A stretch of 50,674 nt of DNA from Gemmatimonadota bacterium (GCA_040905425.1 JBBDRO010000026.1:1-50674); one strand, 5' to 3'; counted from the stretch's first letter, positions 18,548 to 28,233 are shown. The notes: generated from the sequence alone by a model not told the origin. Program-made: numbers and translations.

Positions 18548-18819
18548 GTCGACCGACCGTACGCTTCCAGCCCACGCCGAATCCCAACGCGGGCAAGTTC
18601 ACCGCCGACCGGCCGGTCGTGGAGGGCAAGGCCTCGAAGTCCTACTACAGCGCCGCGCAGGCCGCCGACGATCCGGTCGGCCGCGCGCTCTTCGCGCTGC
18701 CGGGCGTGCAGTCCCTCTTCATGGTGGAGGACTTCGTCACCGTCACGAAGACGGCCGAGGCGGACTGGGGCGAGCTCATCCCGCGGGTCGAGGAGGCCAT
18801 CGTGGAGGCCATGGCGTGA
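18544..18819 (+). CDS. NifU N-terminal (Nfu_N) domain protein
   Basis: PTPNPNAGKF...LFALPGVQSLFMVEDFVTVTK...W. Confidence 0.85.
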   Translation: MSRPTVRFQPTPNPNAGKFTADRPVVEGKASKSYYSAAQAADDPVGRALFALPGVQSLFMVEDFVTVTKTAEADWGELIPRVEEAIVEAMA

Positions 18820-19712
18820 GCGGCCGGCTGCCGCTGGCGCTGGTCGCGGCGGCCCTCCTCCTGCTGCCGGCCGGCGTGGCCGGGCAGTGCCTGCCCAATG
18901 CCGTACCCGAGGACCCGGACAACCCCTGCCGCATCGACTTCCCCCGCTGGACGGGCCACGTGGCCGCGGCCGGCGCGAACGCCGCCCTGCACGGGCTGGC
19001 CGCGGGCGTGTGGGCCGCCGTCCAGGGCCGCGACTTCAGCCAGGCCTTCACGGTGGGCGCGGCGGGCGGTGTCCTGGTGTACGGCGGCAAGGCCATGGCG
19101 GGGCAGCGCTGGGACGGCGCCGGGCTACTCGGCCGCCAGGTAGCGGCAATGGGCACCAGCCTCTCCCGCAACGCAGCCGATGGCGTGGGCGCGCTGGACC
19201 GGCTGGTCTTCCCGGTGGGGCTCGGCCGGCTCTACGTCACCCCCCACGCCGCCCGCCCGGTGCGCTTCCGTGTGGATGCCATGGCGCTGGGTTGGACGGT
19301 GTACGGGATCGTGGAGGAGGAAGTGACGCTGGCCTGGGATGCGTCGCTTTCCGCCGGCACCCCGGTCTTCCTGACGGACGGCAAGCTGCTGGACCGTGAA
19401 GCCGGGGCCCACGCGGCGGGCGTCACCCAGAGCGGGGTGGTCTTCGCCGCGGACATCCCGGTGCTCGGGAGCGCCTTCCTGGACCGCGCGCTGGCCCACG
19501 AGCGCGCGCACGTAGTGCAGCACGACCAGATCTTCGGTCTGTTCACCGATCCCGCGGAGGACTGGGTGCTGCGGCGCACACCGGGGCTGGCGCGCCTGGA
19601 GCCGTGGCTGGACGTAAACCTGGGCGCGCAGCTCCTGCAGGCCCTGGGCTACGTCTTCCCCGAGTGGGCGGACCGGCCCTGGGAGCTGGAAGCCACCTTC
19701 ATGGCCCGATGA
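18816..19712 (+). CDS. Exported hypothetical protein with a HExxH motif
   Basis: GTGA overlap with the upstream gene; signal peptide ending VAG|Q; Gly/Ala-rich hydrophobic helices; LAHERAHVVQ and PWELEA. Confidence 0.7.
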   Translation: MSGRLPLALVAAALLLLPAGVAGQCLPNAVPEDPDNPCRIDFPRWTGHVAAAGANAALHGLAAGVWAAVQGRDFSQAFTVGAAGGVLVYGGKAMAGQRWDGAGLLGRQVAAMGTSLSRNAADGVGALDRLVFPVGLGRLYVTPHAARPVRFRVDAMALGWTVYGIVEEEVTLAWDASLSAGTPVFLTDGKLLDREAGAHAAGVTQSGVVFAADIPVLGSAFLDRALAHERAHVVQHDQIFGLFTDPAEDWVLRRTPGLARLEPWLDVNLGAQLLQALGYVFPEWADRPWELEATFMAR

Positions 19713-20467
19713 GGCGTAAGCGACCCGGCCCGTCTGCCCGCGCGGCGCGCGTCGTGTGCGCGGCTCTGCTGGCGCTGCCGGCGGCGGGCTGCATGGATTT
19801 CGTGGCGCCGGAGTTCGCGGGTGCCGGTGCGCCCGCCACCTTCAACGGCGCCATCCGCGTGGTGGATGGCGCCGCGCTGCTCGTGGACGGCCGCCTGGTG
19901 CCGGGGCGCGCGGGCACCGGCTTCCTGCGCGCGGTGCCGGCGCCCGAACTGCTCGTGCTCGACACGGCCGTGGCACCCACGCGGATCACCGAGACCGCCC
20001 TGGACTACCAGAGCGAACTGCCGCTCGCGGCGGCCGGCGGGGTCGACGCGGCCGGGCCCGTGGCGTGGCGGGCGCCCGTCGTGGAGGGCGTGGGCGAGCC
20101 ACCGTCCATCGTCTGGTATCCCTACCGGCCGGTGGCGCCGGACACCTTCTCGGTGGTGGCCGGCCAGGACGTGGTCGTGCGGGTGCGGCCTCCCGCCGGC
20201 GCCACCACGCCCGCGCCGGACCGCACGTCGTGGTTCGTCACCGTGGTGGGGGGCACCGGATCCGTGCGGGTGAGCGCGGACGGCGTGCCGCCGGAGACCA
20301 TCCGCATCCCGCCGGCCTTCCTCCCCGAGCCGGCCGGCGAGCGCTGGCGCGTCCGGCTGCAGGTCTTCGAGCAGGCGGGCCTGAGCGGGGCGGGGGGGGA
20401 CTACCAGGCGCAGCTCGTCCTGGAGACGCGCTTCGACTGGCTCGTGGATCGGCGGCCGGCCCCATGA
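19709..20467 (+). CDS. Putative lipoprotein
   Basis: Lipobox-like LALPAAG|C; ATGA overlaps on both sides. Confidence 0.7.
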   Translation: MRRKRPGPSARAARVVCAALLALPAAGCMDFVAPEFAGAGAPATFNGAIRVVDGAALLVDGRLVPGRAGTGFLRAVPAPELLVLDTAVAPTRITETALDYQSELPLAAAGGVDAAGPVAWRAPVVEGVGEPPSIVWYPYRPVAPDTFSVVAGQDVVVRVRPPAGATTPAPDRTSWFVTVVGGTGSVRVSADGVPPETIRIPPAFLPEPAGERWRVRLQVFEQAGLSGAGGDYQAQLVLETRFDWLVDRRPAP

Positions 20468-21762
20468 GCGCTCTGGAGCAGGCCGCCGTCTGCGCGCGCC
20501 GCCGGGCGCGGGTCCTGGAGCTGCTGGGGCCGGACGCCGCCCTGGTGCTGCCCGCCGGTCCCGAGCTGGTGCACGGCCGCGACGGCGAGGTGCGCTACCT
20601 CCCCGACGCCGACCTCTTCTACCTCACCGGCTACGAGGAGCCGGAGGCGGTGCTGGTGCTCTGCCCGGCGTGGGAGGAGGCGCCCTACACGCTGTTCGTA
20701 CGCCCGCGGGATCCGGAGCGGGAGCGCTGGACCGGTGTGCGCGGCGGTGCGGAGGCGGCGCTGGAGCGTTTCGGCGCGGACGCCGCCTACCCGCTGGAGG
20801 AGCTGGGCGAGCGGCTGGCAAGCATCGTAGCCGGCACGGAGCGCCTCTACGCGCCGCTGCGGAGTGGGCGCACCGCAGTGGACGACGCCGTGCGGGCCGT
20901 GCTCGAGGCGGGCGAACGGAGTCACGCGCGGCGCGGCCGCGGCCCCCGCGCGCTGGTCTCGCCCCGGGTACTGCTGGACGAGCTCCGCCTGGTGAAGGAG
21001 CCCGGTGAAATCGCGGCCATCCGTGCCGCGGCCGCCCTCACGGTGGCGGCCTGCCGGGCGGCCGCGGCGGCCGTGGGCCCCGGCGTGGGGGAGTGGGTGG
21101 TGGAGGCGGCGCTCGAGAGCGGCTTCCGGTCGCGCGGCGCGCGCGGGCCCGCCTTCCCCAGCATCGTGGCCGCGGGGGGCAACGCCACCGTGCTCCACTA
21201 CGTGGCCAACGACCACGTGATGCGGGCCGGCGAGCTGGTGCTGGTGGACGCCGGCGCCCGCCTCGGCATGTACTGCGCGGACGTCTCGCGCACCTGGGCG
21301 GTGGGGCGCGTGGACGGCGCGCGTGCGGAGCTGCACGCCGTGGTGCGGGCCGCCCACAACGCGGCCGTCGACGCCGTGCGGCCCGGCGCCACCGTCCAGG
21401 AGCTCCACGCACTGGCCGCGCTCACCCTGGCCGAGGGGCTCGTGCAGCTGGGCGTGCTGGCGGAGGTGCCGGAGGAGGCGGCGGAGGCCGACGCGCTACG
21501 GCGCTTCTACCCGCATCGCACGTCACACTGGCTGGGGCTGGACGTCCATGACGTGGGGGACTACGTGCGCGGCGACGAGCCCCGCCCGCTGGCGGCGGGC
21601 ATGGTCCTCACCATCGAGCCTGGCCTCTATATCCCCGCGGACGACGAGGCCGCGCCGGCGGGGTTGCGCGGCGTGGGCGTGCGCATCGAGGATGACGTGC
21701 TCGTCACCCCGAACGGACGCGAGCTGCTCACCGGGGAGCTGCCCACCGGCCTGGCGCTCTGA
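20464..21762 (+). CDS. pepP: Xaa-Pro aminopeptidase (M24B)
   Basis: DLFYLTGYEEPEA, LVDAG...ADVSRT, HWLGLDVHDVG, TIEPGLY and GVRIEDDV. Confidence 0.92.
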   Translation: MSALEQAAVCARRRARVLELLGPDAALVLPAGPELVHGRDGEVRYLPDADLFYLTGYEEPEAVLVLCPAWEEAPYTLFVRPRDPERERWTGVRGGAEAALERFGADAAYPLEELGERLASIVAGTERLYAPLRSGRTAVDDAVRAVLEAGERSHARRGRGPRALVSPRVLLDELRLVKEPGEIAAIRAAAALTVAACRAAAAAVGPGVGEWVVEAALESGFRSRGARGPAFPSIVAAGGNATVLHYVANDHVMRAGELVLVDAGARLGMYCADVSRTWAVGRVDGARAELHAVVRAAHNAAVDAVRPGATVQELHALAALTLAEGLVQLGVLAEVPEEAAEADALRRFYPHRTSHWLGLDVHDVGDYVRGDEPRPLAAGMVLTIEPGLYIPADDEAAPAGLRGVGVRIEDDVLVTPNGRELLTGELPTGLAL

Positions 21763-21878
21763 GCCGCCGCTTGCCATCGGCAGCCGGGCAGCGCAGCTTG
21801 GTCCTCGTCCATCGATCCACGCCGACGCTGGCGTCACGGCCGCTCCCCGCGGCCACTCCCGATCCAGCGGAGCCGGCG

Positions 21879-23663
21879 ATGCGCGCGCATCCACGACAAT
21901 CACTTTCTACGGGTCCCCTGGCCGTGCTGGTGGTGGCCGCAGGCCTGCTCACGTGCGTGGTGCTGGCCCTCCACGCCGCGTGGTGGGAGGCCGCGCTCAC
22001 GCTGGCCGTGGCGGTGCTGGCCGCGCGGCTGCACTGGCACGTGGGGCAGGGTCGCGCCCGTGAGCGGCGTGTTCGCGATGAGGTGGTCCTGCACGCGCGG
22101 ATGCTCGACGCGGTGGGCGAGGCGGTCGTGGGCTGCTCGCCGGGGTCCACCATCACGTACTGGAACCGGGCCGCCGAGCGGCTGCTGGGCTGGCGCCGGG
22201 CGGAGGCCGTGGGCTCCGACCTCACCACCGTACTGCCGGATCTTTCCTTCACGGAGGCACGCCACCAGCCGGGCGCCGAGGCGGAGCTCCGCCATCGGGA
22301 CGGTCATACCATCCCTGCGCTCGTGACGGTCTCCCCGCTGGATGCGCGTGTGGGCCAGCCCACGGGCTGGGTGCTGGTGCTCGTGGACCTGACCCATCAG
22401 AAGAGCGGCGAGCGGGAGCAGCGCGTGCTGGCGGAGGTGGGCGCGGTGCTGGCTGCCGGACTGGGCCTGGAGACCACGCTCAGTCGGGTGGCGCACTGCG
22501 CGTTGCCCACGCTCGGCAGCGTCTGCCTCGTGGACGTCGTGGAGGACGGCGCCGCCCGGCGCCTGCACACGCTGCACGCCGGGCGGCGCTCGGCGGCGCT
22601 GGCCGAGGCGGTGCATGGTGCCGCTGGCGCGCCCGTCTGGCCCGACGATGTCCTCGCGGCGGCGCTGGCGGGGGAGGCACTCACCCTCAACGGGCCCGCA
22701 GGCGGCGGCGTGCTCAGTGCCTACGGCTGCCACGGGGCGCTCGTCGTGCCGCTGCGGGCGCATGGGCACACGCTGGCCCTGCTGTCCTTTCTGGTTGGTC
22801 CGGAGCGGGGGCCCTTCGGCCAGGAGGAGCTGGCGCTGGCGCGCGAACTGGCCAATCGCGTGGCGGTGGCGCTGGAGAATGCGCGTCTCCTCGAGGAGGC
22901 GCACACCGCCACGCGCTCGAAGGCGGATTTCCTGGCGGTCATGTCCCACGAGCTGCGCACCCCGCTCACCGCCATCACCGGGTACGCCGACCTGCTGCTC
23001 GGCGGCATGGCCGAGCCGGTGCCCCGGCAGGCGCTCACGTACGTGCAGCGCATGCGGGGCGCGGCGTGGCACCTGCTCGGCATCATCGAGCAGATCCTGA
23101 CCTTTGCCCGTCTGGACGAGGCACGCGAGCAGGTGGACCCCGGCCGCCTGGCGCTGGCCGACTTCGTTCGTGACACGGCGGCCCTGATGGAGCCGGTGGC
23201 CGCCGAAAAAGGCGTGGCCTTCAGCGCCAAGGCGCCGGGGGATGGGGTCACGCTGGTGACGGACGCCACCCGCCTGCGCCAGATTCTGCTCAATCTGCTA
23301 TCCAACGCGGTCAAGTTCACCGACAGTGGCGTGGTGGCGCTCACGGCCAGTCTGGAGGGTGACATGGCCGTCTTCGAGGTGCGGGACACGGGCGCGGGCA
23401 TCGAGGCCGAGCACCTGGAGCACATCTTCGAACCGTTCTGGCAGGTGGATCAGTCCTCCGCGCGCCGCGCGGGCGGCACCGGCATCGGTCTGTCGGTGGC
23501 GCAGCGCCAGGCACGGCTGCTCGGCGGCACCATCACGGCGGCCAGCTGCCCGGGGGAGGGCACCACCTTCACGCTGCGCATCCCCGCCGCGTGGGTGCCC
23601 TCGACCGAGCGCCGCCCGGCGTCCGGGCAACGGTCGCTGGCCGTGAGTGCGGGCAGCGGCTGA
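21879..23663 (+). CDS. Sensor histidine kinase (2 TM, PAS, GAF, HisKA, HATPase)
   Basis: PAS YWNRAAERLLGW; GAF ending AVALENARL; H-box SHELRTPL; N-box QILLNLLSNAVKFT; DTGAGI and GTGIGL. No adjacent response regulator. Confidence 0.93.
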   Translation: MRAHPRQSLSTGPLAVLVVAAGLLTCVVLALHAAWWEAALTLAVAVLAARLHWHVGQGRARERRVRDEVVLHARMLDAVGEAVVGCSPGSTITYWNRAAERLLGWRRAEAVGSDLTTVLPDLSFTEARHQPGAEAELRHRDGHTIPALVTVSPLDARVGQPTGWVLVLVDLTHQKSGEREQRVLAEVGAVLAAGLGLETTLSRVAHCALPTLGSVCLVDVVEDGAARRLHTLHAGRRSAALAEAVHGAAGAPVWPDDVLAAALAGEALTLNGPAGGGVLSAYGCHGALVVPLRAHGHTLALLSFLVGPERGPFGQEELALARELANRVAVALENARLLEEAHTATRSKADFLAVMSHELRTPLTAITGYADLLLGGMAEPVPRQALTYVQRMRGAAWHLLGIIEQILTFARLDEAREQVDPGRLALADFVRDTAALMEPVAAEKGVAFSAKAPGDGVTLVTDATRLRQILLNLLSNAVKFTDSGVVALTASLEGDMAVFEVRDTGAGIEAEHLEHIFEPFWQVDQSSARRAGGTGIGLSVAQRQARLLGGTITAASCPGEGTTFTLRIPAAWVPSTERRPASGQRSLAVSAGSG

Positions 23664-23678
23664 AGTGAATCCGCTGGC

Positions 23679-23711
23679 GTGGTGATTTTGTGCTACCATA
23701 AAGACCACCAC
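23679..23711 (+). promoter_or_regulatory. Putative TA promoter/operator
   Basis: Extended -10 TGcTACCAT (23691-23699) lying inside the inverted repeat GTGGTG...CACCAC. Confidence 0.4.
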
Positions 23712-23772
23712 TTGACGGAACCCCCCTTGGGAGCGAAGTTGGTTAGGTGAAACTCCCCCAGGAGGATTGAAA

Positions 23773-24102
23773 ATGGCATCGGCAAGCGCGCCAACGTTCA
23801 GCGGTATGTCTTCCGTCCGCAGGAGGGGAGGAGTTGCTGGCGACCGCCCCAGGAAGGTGGGCTGGCAGGTCAGCCAGTCGGTCGCGGAGGCGGTGAAGGA
23901 GGCGGTCGAGAACGGCGCTGCGGAGAGCCAGAACGCCTTCGTCGAAAATGCCCTGCTCCGTCGCCTGAAGGAATTGCGCCGTGACAGGATCTACTCTGCC
24001 TATGAGGATGCAGCGCAGGACCCGGTTTTCATGGCAGATATGCGCAGCACCAGCCAAGCGTTCAGCGTTACGGTGAGCGACGGCCTTGAAGCCGGGGGCT
24101 GA
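23773..24102 (+). CDS. Antitoxin with ribbon-helix-helix-like domain
   Basis: GGAGGA RBS; strand-helix-helix pattern RKVGWQV / SQSVAEAVKEAVENG / SQNAFVENALLRRL; lies directly upstream of the PemK toxin. Confidence 0.75.
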   Translation: MASASAPTFSGMSSVRRRGGVAGDRPRKVGWQVSQSVAEAVKEAVENGAAESQNAFVENALLRRLKELRRDRIYSAYEDAAQDPVFMADMRSTSQAFSVTVSDGLEAGG

Positions 24103-24107
24103 GACGG

Positions 24108-24491
24108 ATGGCGCATCAGGGTCCCGTTCGCCGCTGGGAGATCTATTGGGTGGACCTGGAGCCGGCCGTAGGAAGGGAACAGGCCGGTGATCGCCGGCCG
24201 GCCGTCGTGGTTTCGAACGACGGTTTCAATCACATTTTCGACATCGTCACGGTCGTCCCGATGACGAAGCGAAAGGGCAAAAAGCGTCGGGTCTACCCTT
24301 TTGAGGTCCTGGCACCCGACCTCCTCGGCACCGGCCAAGAAAGCATTCTCATGCCGCAGCAGGTCCGCACGATCTCTAAACTGCGCCTCCTCGAGCGTGG
24401 CGGCGTGCTAGAGGACCCGGCAATTCAGATCGATCTCGAAAACCGGCTCCTCGAGCATCTCGGCATCGACTTCGAGGCGGACGGGTTGTAA
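24108..24491 (+). CDS. PemK/MazF family toxin (endoribonuclease)
   Basis: RRWEIYWVDLEPAVGREQAGDRRPAVVVS...VTVVPMT...QVRTISKLRL. Confidence 0.93.
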   Translation: MAHQGPVRRWEIYWVDLEPAVGREQAGDRRPAVVVSNDGFNHIFDIVTVVPMTKRKGKKRRVYPFEVLAPDLLGTGQESILMPQQVRTISKLRLLERGGVLEDPAIQIDLENRLLEHLGIDFEADGL

Positions 24492-24507
24492 GCCGGCACC
24501 CCTCGTC

Positions 24508-24537
24508 TTGACACTACCAACACCCCACCCCTACCGT
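24508..24537 (+). promoter_or_regulatory. Sigma70 promoter of the metH leader
   Basis: TTGACA-N18-TACCGT, about 15 nt before the aptamer. Confidence 0.7.
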
Positions 24538-24551
24538 ACACCCATGTCGTA

Positions 24552-24630
24552 CGGCGGAGATTTGCTGGCCGCTTGCCACCGCCGGGCAGGCAACGACGTG
24601 CGTTGCCGCCATTCAAAGGTCTAAAGTGCC
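24552..24630 (+). ncRNA. SAM-II-like riboswitch aptamer with an extra hairpin in the long loop
   Basis: P1 cggcgg (24552-57) pairs with ccgccg (24579-84); conserved GAUUUG (24559-64), UUGC (24573-76) and CUAAAG (24621-26); pseudoknot ggccgcuug / cuaaagugcc; upstream of metH. Confidence 0.8.
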
Positions 24631-24679
24631 GGGAAAGATCGCCGCCCCGCCCGCGCACCGCGTGTGGCCTGGCCCTTCC

Positions 24680-24713
24680 GCCCCGCACTTTGACCGCGGG
24701 GCTTCGCGTTTCC
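24680..24713 (+). terminator. Leader terminator-like hairpin (riboswitch expression platform)
   Basis: gccccgc-actttgacc-gcggggc followed by an imperfect U-rich tail, ttcgcgtttcc. Confidence 0.6.
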
Positions 24714-24744
24714 GGCCCCGCTCACGAACGCTGAATCGAGAGTC

Positions 24745-27700
24745 ATGGGCCGCCCCAGCTACACCGACGTACTGACCCGCCGCGTCCTCGTCTTCGACGG
24801 CGCCATGGGCACCAGCCTGCAGAATCTCCAGCTCACGGCCGCCGACTTCGGCGGGGAGGCGCTGGAGGGCTGCAATGACCACCTGGTCCTCTCCCGCCCC
24901 GACGCCGTGGAGAGCGTGCACGCCTCCTTCCTGGAGGTGGGCTGCGACGTGCTGGAGACGGACACCTTCCGCGCCAACCGGCTGACGCTGAAGGAATACG
25001 GCCTGCACGAGCGGGTGCTGGAGATGAACCGCGCCGCCGCCCGCCTGGCGCGCGGCGTGGCCGATCGCTTCGCCACCGCCGCGCACCCCCGCTTCGTGGC
25101 AGGCAGCATCGGCCCCTCCGGCTTCCTGCCCGCCACCTCGGACCCCACGCTGGGCAGCGTGGGCTACGCCGAGCTGGTGGACGTCTTCCGCGAGCAGGCG
25201 GTGGGTCTCATCGAGGGCGGCGTGGACGTGCTGCTCATCGAGACCAGCCAGGACATCCTGGAGGTGAAGGCGCAGATCGTGGGCATCCGCCGTGCCCGCG
25301 AGGAGACCGGCGTGCACCTGCCCATCCAGGCGCAGATCACCCTGGACGTCACCGGCCGCATGCTGCTCGGCACGGACATCGGCGCCGCCACCACCATCAT
25401 CGAGGCCATGCGGGCCGACGTCATCGGGCTGAACTGCTCCACCGGTCCCGAGCACATGCGCCAGCCCGTGCGCTGGCTGAGTGAGAACGCGCGCCTGCCG
25501 ATCAGTGTCATTCCCAACGCCGGCATCCCCCTGAACGAGGGTGGGGAGGCCGTTTACCCGCTGACGCCCGAGCAGCTGGCCGACGCGCACGAGCACTTCG
25601 TGAAGCACGAGGGTGTGGCCGTGGTGGGCGGCTGCTGCGGCACCACGCCGGAGCACATGCGGCTGGTGGTGGAGCGGGTGGGGCAGGGCACCGCCGCGGG
25701 CGGCGCGCGTCTGAGCGCCAGCAAGCGTTCCCCGCGCGTGGTGCCCCGGGCCGCCAGCGCCATGACCGCCTTCGACCTGGCCCAGGACCCGCCGCCCACC
25801 CTCATCGGCGAGCGCGTCAATTCCCAGGGCTCGCGCGCCGTGAAGCGCCTGCTCCTGGCCGACGACTACGACGGCATCCTGGAGGTGGGCCGCGGCCAGG
25901 TGGAGGGCGGCGCCCACCTGCTGGACGTCTGCGTGGCGCTCACCGAGCGCCAGGACGAGGCCGACCAGATGAGCGCCGTGGTCAAGCTGCTCAGCCAGGG
26001 CGTGGAGGCGCCGCTGGTGCTGGACACCACCGAGGCGGACGTGGTGCAGGCCGCCCTGGAGAAGTGTCCCGGCCGCGCGGTCATCAATTCCATCAACCTG
26101 GAAAACGGCCGCGCGCGGATCGACAGCGTAGTGCCGCTGGCCGTGGAGCACGGCGCCGCGCTCGTGGCCCTCACCATCGACGAGGAGGGCATGGCCAAGA
26201 CGGCCGCCCGCAAGGTGGAGATCGCGCGCCGCATCCACGACATATGCGTCAACGAGTACGGGCTGGAGAGCGGCGACCTCATCTTCGACGACCTCACCTT
26301 CACCCTGGCCACGGGCGACGAGGAATTTCGCCGCAGCGCCGTCGAGACGCTGGAGGGCATCCGCCTCATCAAGAGCGAGCTGCCCGGCGTGCTCACCTCG
26401 CTCGGTGTCTCCAACGTCTCCTTCGGCCTCTCCAAGGCCGCGCGCGCCGTGCTGAACTCCGTCTTCCTGCACCAATGCGTGGAGGCCGGCCTGGACATGG
26501 CCATCGTGAACCCCGCGCACATCACGCCCTACGCCGAGATCGACGACGAGCAGCGTCGGCTGGCCGACAACCTGATCTTCGATCGAAGCGACGATGCCCT
26601 GTCCCGCTTCATCGCGTTCTACGAGAGCCACACGGCCGACGAGGATTCGGACGTGGACCCCACCGAGGGGATGAGTCCCGAGGAGGCGGCCCACTGGCGC
26701 ATCCTGCACCGCAAGAAGGACGGCATCGAGGAAACGGTCGACGCCGCCATCGCCGAGCACGGCGGCGATCACGCCGCCGGGGTGCACGTGCTGAACCAGG
26801 TACTGCTGCCGGCCATGAAGGAGGTCGGTGACAAGTTCGGCGCCGGGGAGCTGATCCTGCCCTTCGTGCTGCAGTCCGCCGAGGTTATGAAGCGGGCCGT
26901 GGCGCGCCTGGAGACGTACCTGGACAAGGTGGAGGGCCAGAGCAAGGGCATCGTGGTGCTGGCCACCGTCTATGGCGACGTGCACGACATCGGCAAGAGC
27001 CTGGTCAACACCATCCTCTCCAACAACGGCTACACGGTGCACGACCTGGGCAAGCAGGTGCCCGTCAACACCATCATCGAGAAGGCCCAGGAGGTGGGTG
27101 CGGACGCCATCGGCCTGTCGGCGCTACTCGTCTCCACCTCCAAGCAGATGCCCCTCTGCGTGCAGGAGCTGGCCACGCGCGGGCTGAAGTACCCGGTGCT
27201 CTGCGGCGGAGCCGCCATCAACCCGTCCTTCATCCGCAACGCCGCCTACCTGGACCGGGAGGCTGACCAGGTCTACGAGCACGGCGTGTGGTACTGCAAG
27301 GACGCCTTCGAGGGGCTGGCGGCCGTGGAGGTGCTGGCCGATCCGGAGCGTCGCGGGGCGTTCACGGCCGAGCGGCTCACGGACATCCGCGAGGGCGTGG
27401 CCCGCCGCGAGGCCCTGGAGGCGAAGGCGCGCGCCAGCCGGCCAGCGGGCGGCGCCCGGCCGGAGCGCGATCCGGCGCTCGTCCCAGCCGCTCCCTTTCA
27501 GGGCCGCCGGGTCATCGAGCGGCTCCCCTGGGAGAAGCTCTTCCACCACATCGATCTGAACACGCTCTACCGTCTCCACTGGGGCGCCAAGAACGCCAAG
27601 GGTGAAGCGTACGAGCGCATCGTGCGCGAGGAGTACGAGCCCCGCCTGGCGCGCATGAAGGCGGACGCCCTGGAGGGCACCTGGGACCACCCCCGTGCCG

Positions 27701-28233
27701 TCTACGGCTACTTCCCCGCCGCCGCCGAGGGTGACGAGCTGGTGATCTTCGACGCGGCAGACCCCGGCGTGGAGCGAGGTCGCTTCCCATTCCCCCGGCA
27801 GGCGGATCGCGACGGCCTGTGCCTCACCGACTACTTCGTGGAGAACCGGAAGGGCGCCCGCGATGTCGTGGCGCTGCAGGTAGTCACCACCGGCGACCTC
27901 ATCCTGGAGCGCTCCGAGGCCATGATGAAGGAAGGGGAGTACACGGAGGGCTACTACCTGCACGGCTTCGGCGTGCGCCTGGCCGAGGCGGGCGCCGAGC
28001 ATGTGAACGCGCTGATCAGAAAGGAGCTCGGCCTGGGCGCCGGACGTGGCCTGCGCTACTCCTGGGGCTACCCGGCCTGTCCCGAACCCCTGCAGCACGA
28101 GCTGGTCTTCGAGCTGCTGGGCGCGCAGGAAGCGCTCGGCATGGAGCTCACCACCGCGGGTGCGCTGGTCCCCGAACTCTCCACGGCGGCCATCGTGGTC
28201 CACCATCCCGACGCCAAGTACTTCAGCCCATGA
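24745..28233 (+). CDS. metH: Cobalamin-dependent methionine synthase
   Basis: DGAMGT, GLNCSTGP and GGCCGTTP (Hcy domain); IGERVN and GVSNVSFG (pterin domain); GDVHDIGK and GLSALL (B12 domain); RYSWGYPACP (activation domain). Confidence 0.97.
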   Translation: MGRPSYTDVLTRRVLVFDGAMGTSLQNLQLTAADFGGEALEGCNDHLVLSRPDAVESVHASFLEVGCDVLETDTFRANRLTLKEYGLHERVLEMNRAAARLARGVADRFATAAHPRFVAGSIGPSGFLPATSDPTLGSVGYAELVDVFREQAVGLIEGGVDVLLIETSQDILEVKAQIVGIRRAREETGVHLPIQAQITLDVTGRMLLGTDIGAATTIIEAMRADVIGLNCSTGPEHMRQPVRWLSENARLPISVIPNAGIPLNEGGEAVYPLTPEQLADAHEHFVKHEGVAVVGGCCGTTPEHMRLVVERVGQGTAAGGARLSASKRSPRVVPRAASAMTAFDLAQDPPPTLIGERVNSQGSRAVKRLLLADDYDGILEVGRGQVEGGAHLLDVCVALTERQDEADQMSAVVKLLSQGVEAPLVLDTTEADVVQAALEKCPGRAVINSINLENGRARIDSVVPLAVEHGAALVALTIDEEGMAKTAARKVEIARRIHDICVNEYGLESGDLIFDDLTFTLATGDEEFRRSAVETLEGIRLIKSELPGVLTSLGVSNVSFGLSKAARAVLNSVFLHQCVEAGLDMAIVNPAHITPYAEIDDEQRRLADNLIFDRSDDALSRFIAFYESHTADEDSDVDPTEGMSPEEAAHWRILHRKKDGIEETVDAAIAEHGGDHAAGVHVLNQVLLPAMKEVGDKFGAGELILPFVLQSAEVMKRAVARLETYLDKVEGQSKGIVVLATVYGDVHDIGKSLVNTILSNNGYTVHDLGKQVPVNTIIEKAQEVGADAIGLSALLVSTSKQMPLCVQELATRGLKYPVLCGGAAINPSFIRNAAYLDREADQVYEHGVWYCKDAFEGLAAVEVLADPERRGAFTAERLTDIREGVARREALEAKARASRPAGGARPERDPALVPAAPFQGRRVIERLPWEKLFHHIDLNTLYRLHWGAKNAKGEAYERIVREEYEPRLARMKADALEGTWDHPRAVYGYFPAAAEGDELVIFDAADPGVERGRFPFPRQADRDGLCLTDYFVENRKGARDVVALQVVTTGDLILERSEAMMKEGEYTEGYYLHGFGVRLAEAGAEHVNALIRKELGLGAGRGLRYSWGYPACPEPLQHELVFELLGAQEALGMELTTAGALVPELSTAAIVVHHPDAKYFSP

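Noticed and set aside
24544..24624. Possible leaderless 26-aa leader peptide MSYGGDLLAACHRRAGNDVRCRHSKV starting near the predicted TSS
   Set aside because: No Met or Cys run, and the sequence is fully explained by the SAM-II structure (its stop lies in the CUAAA motif). Only Ribo-seq could revive it.
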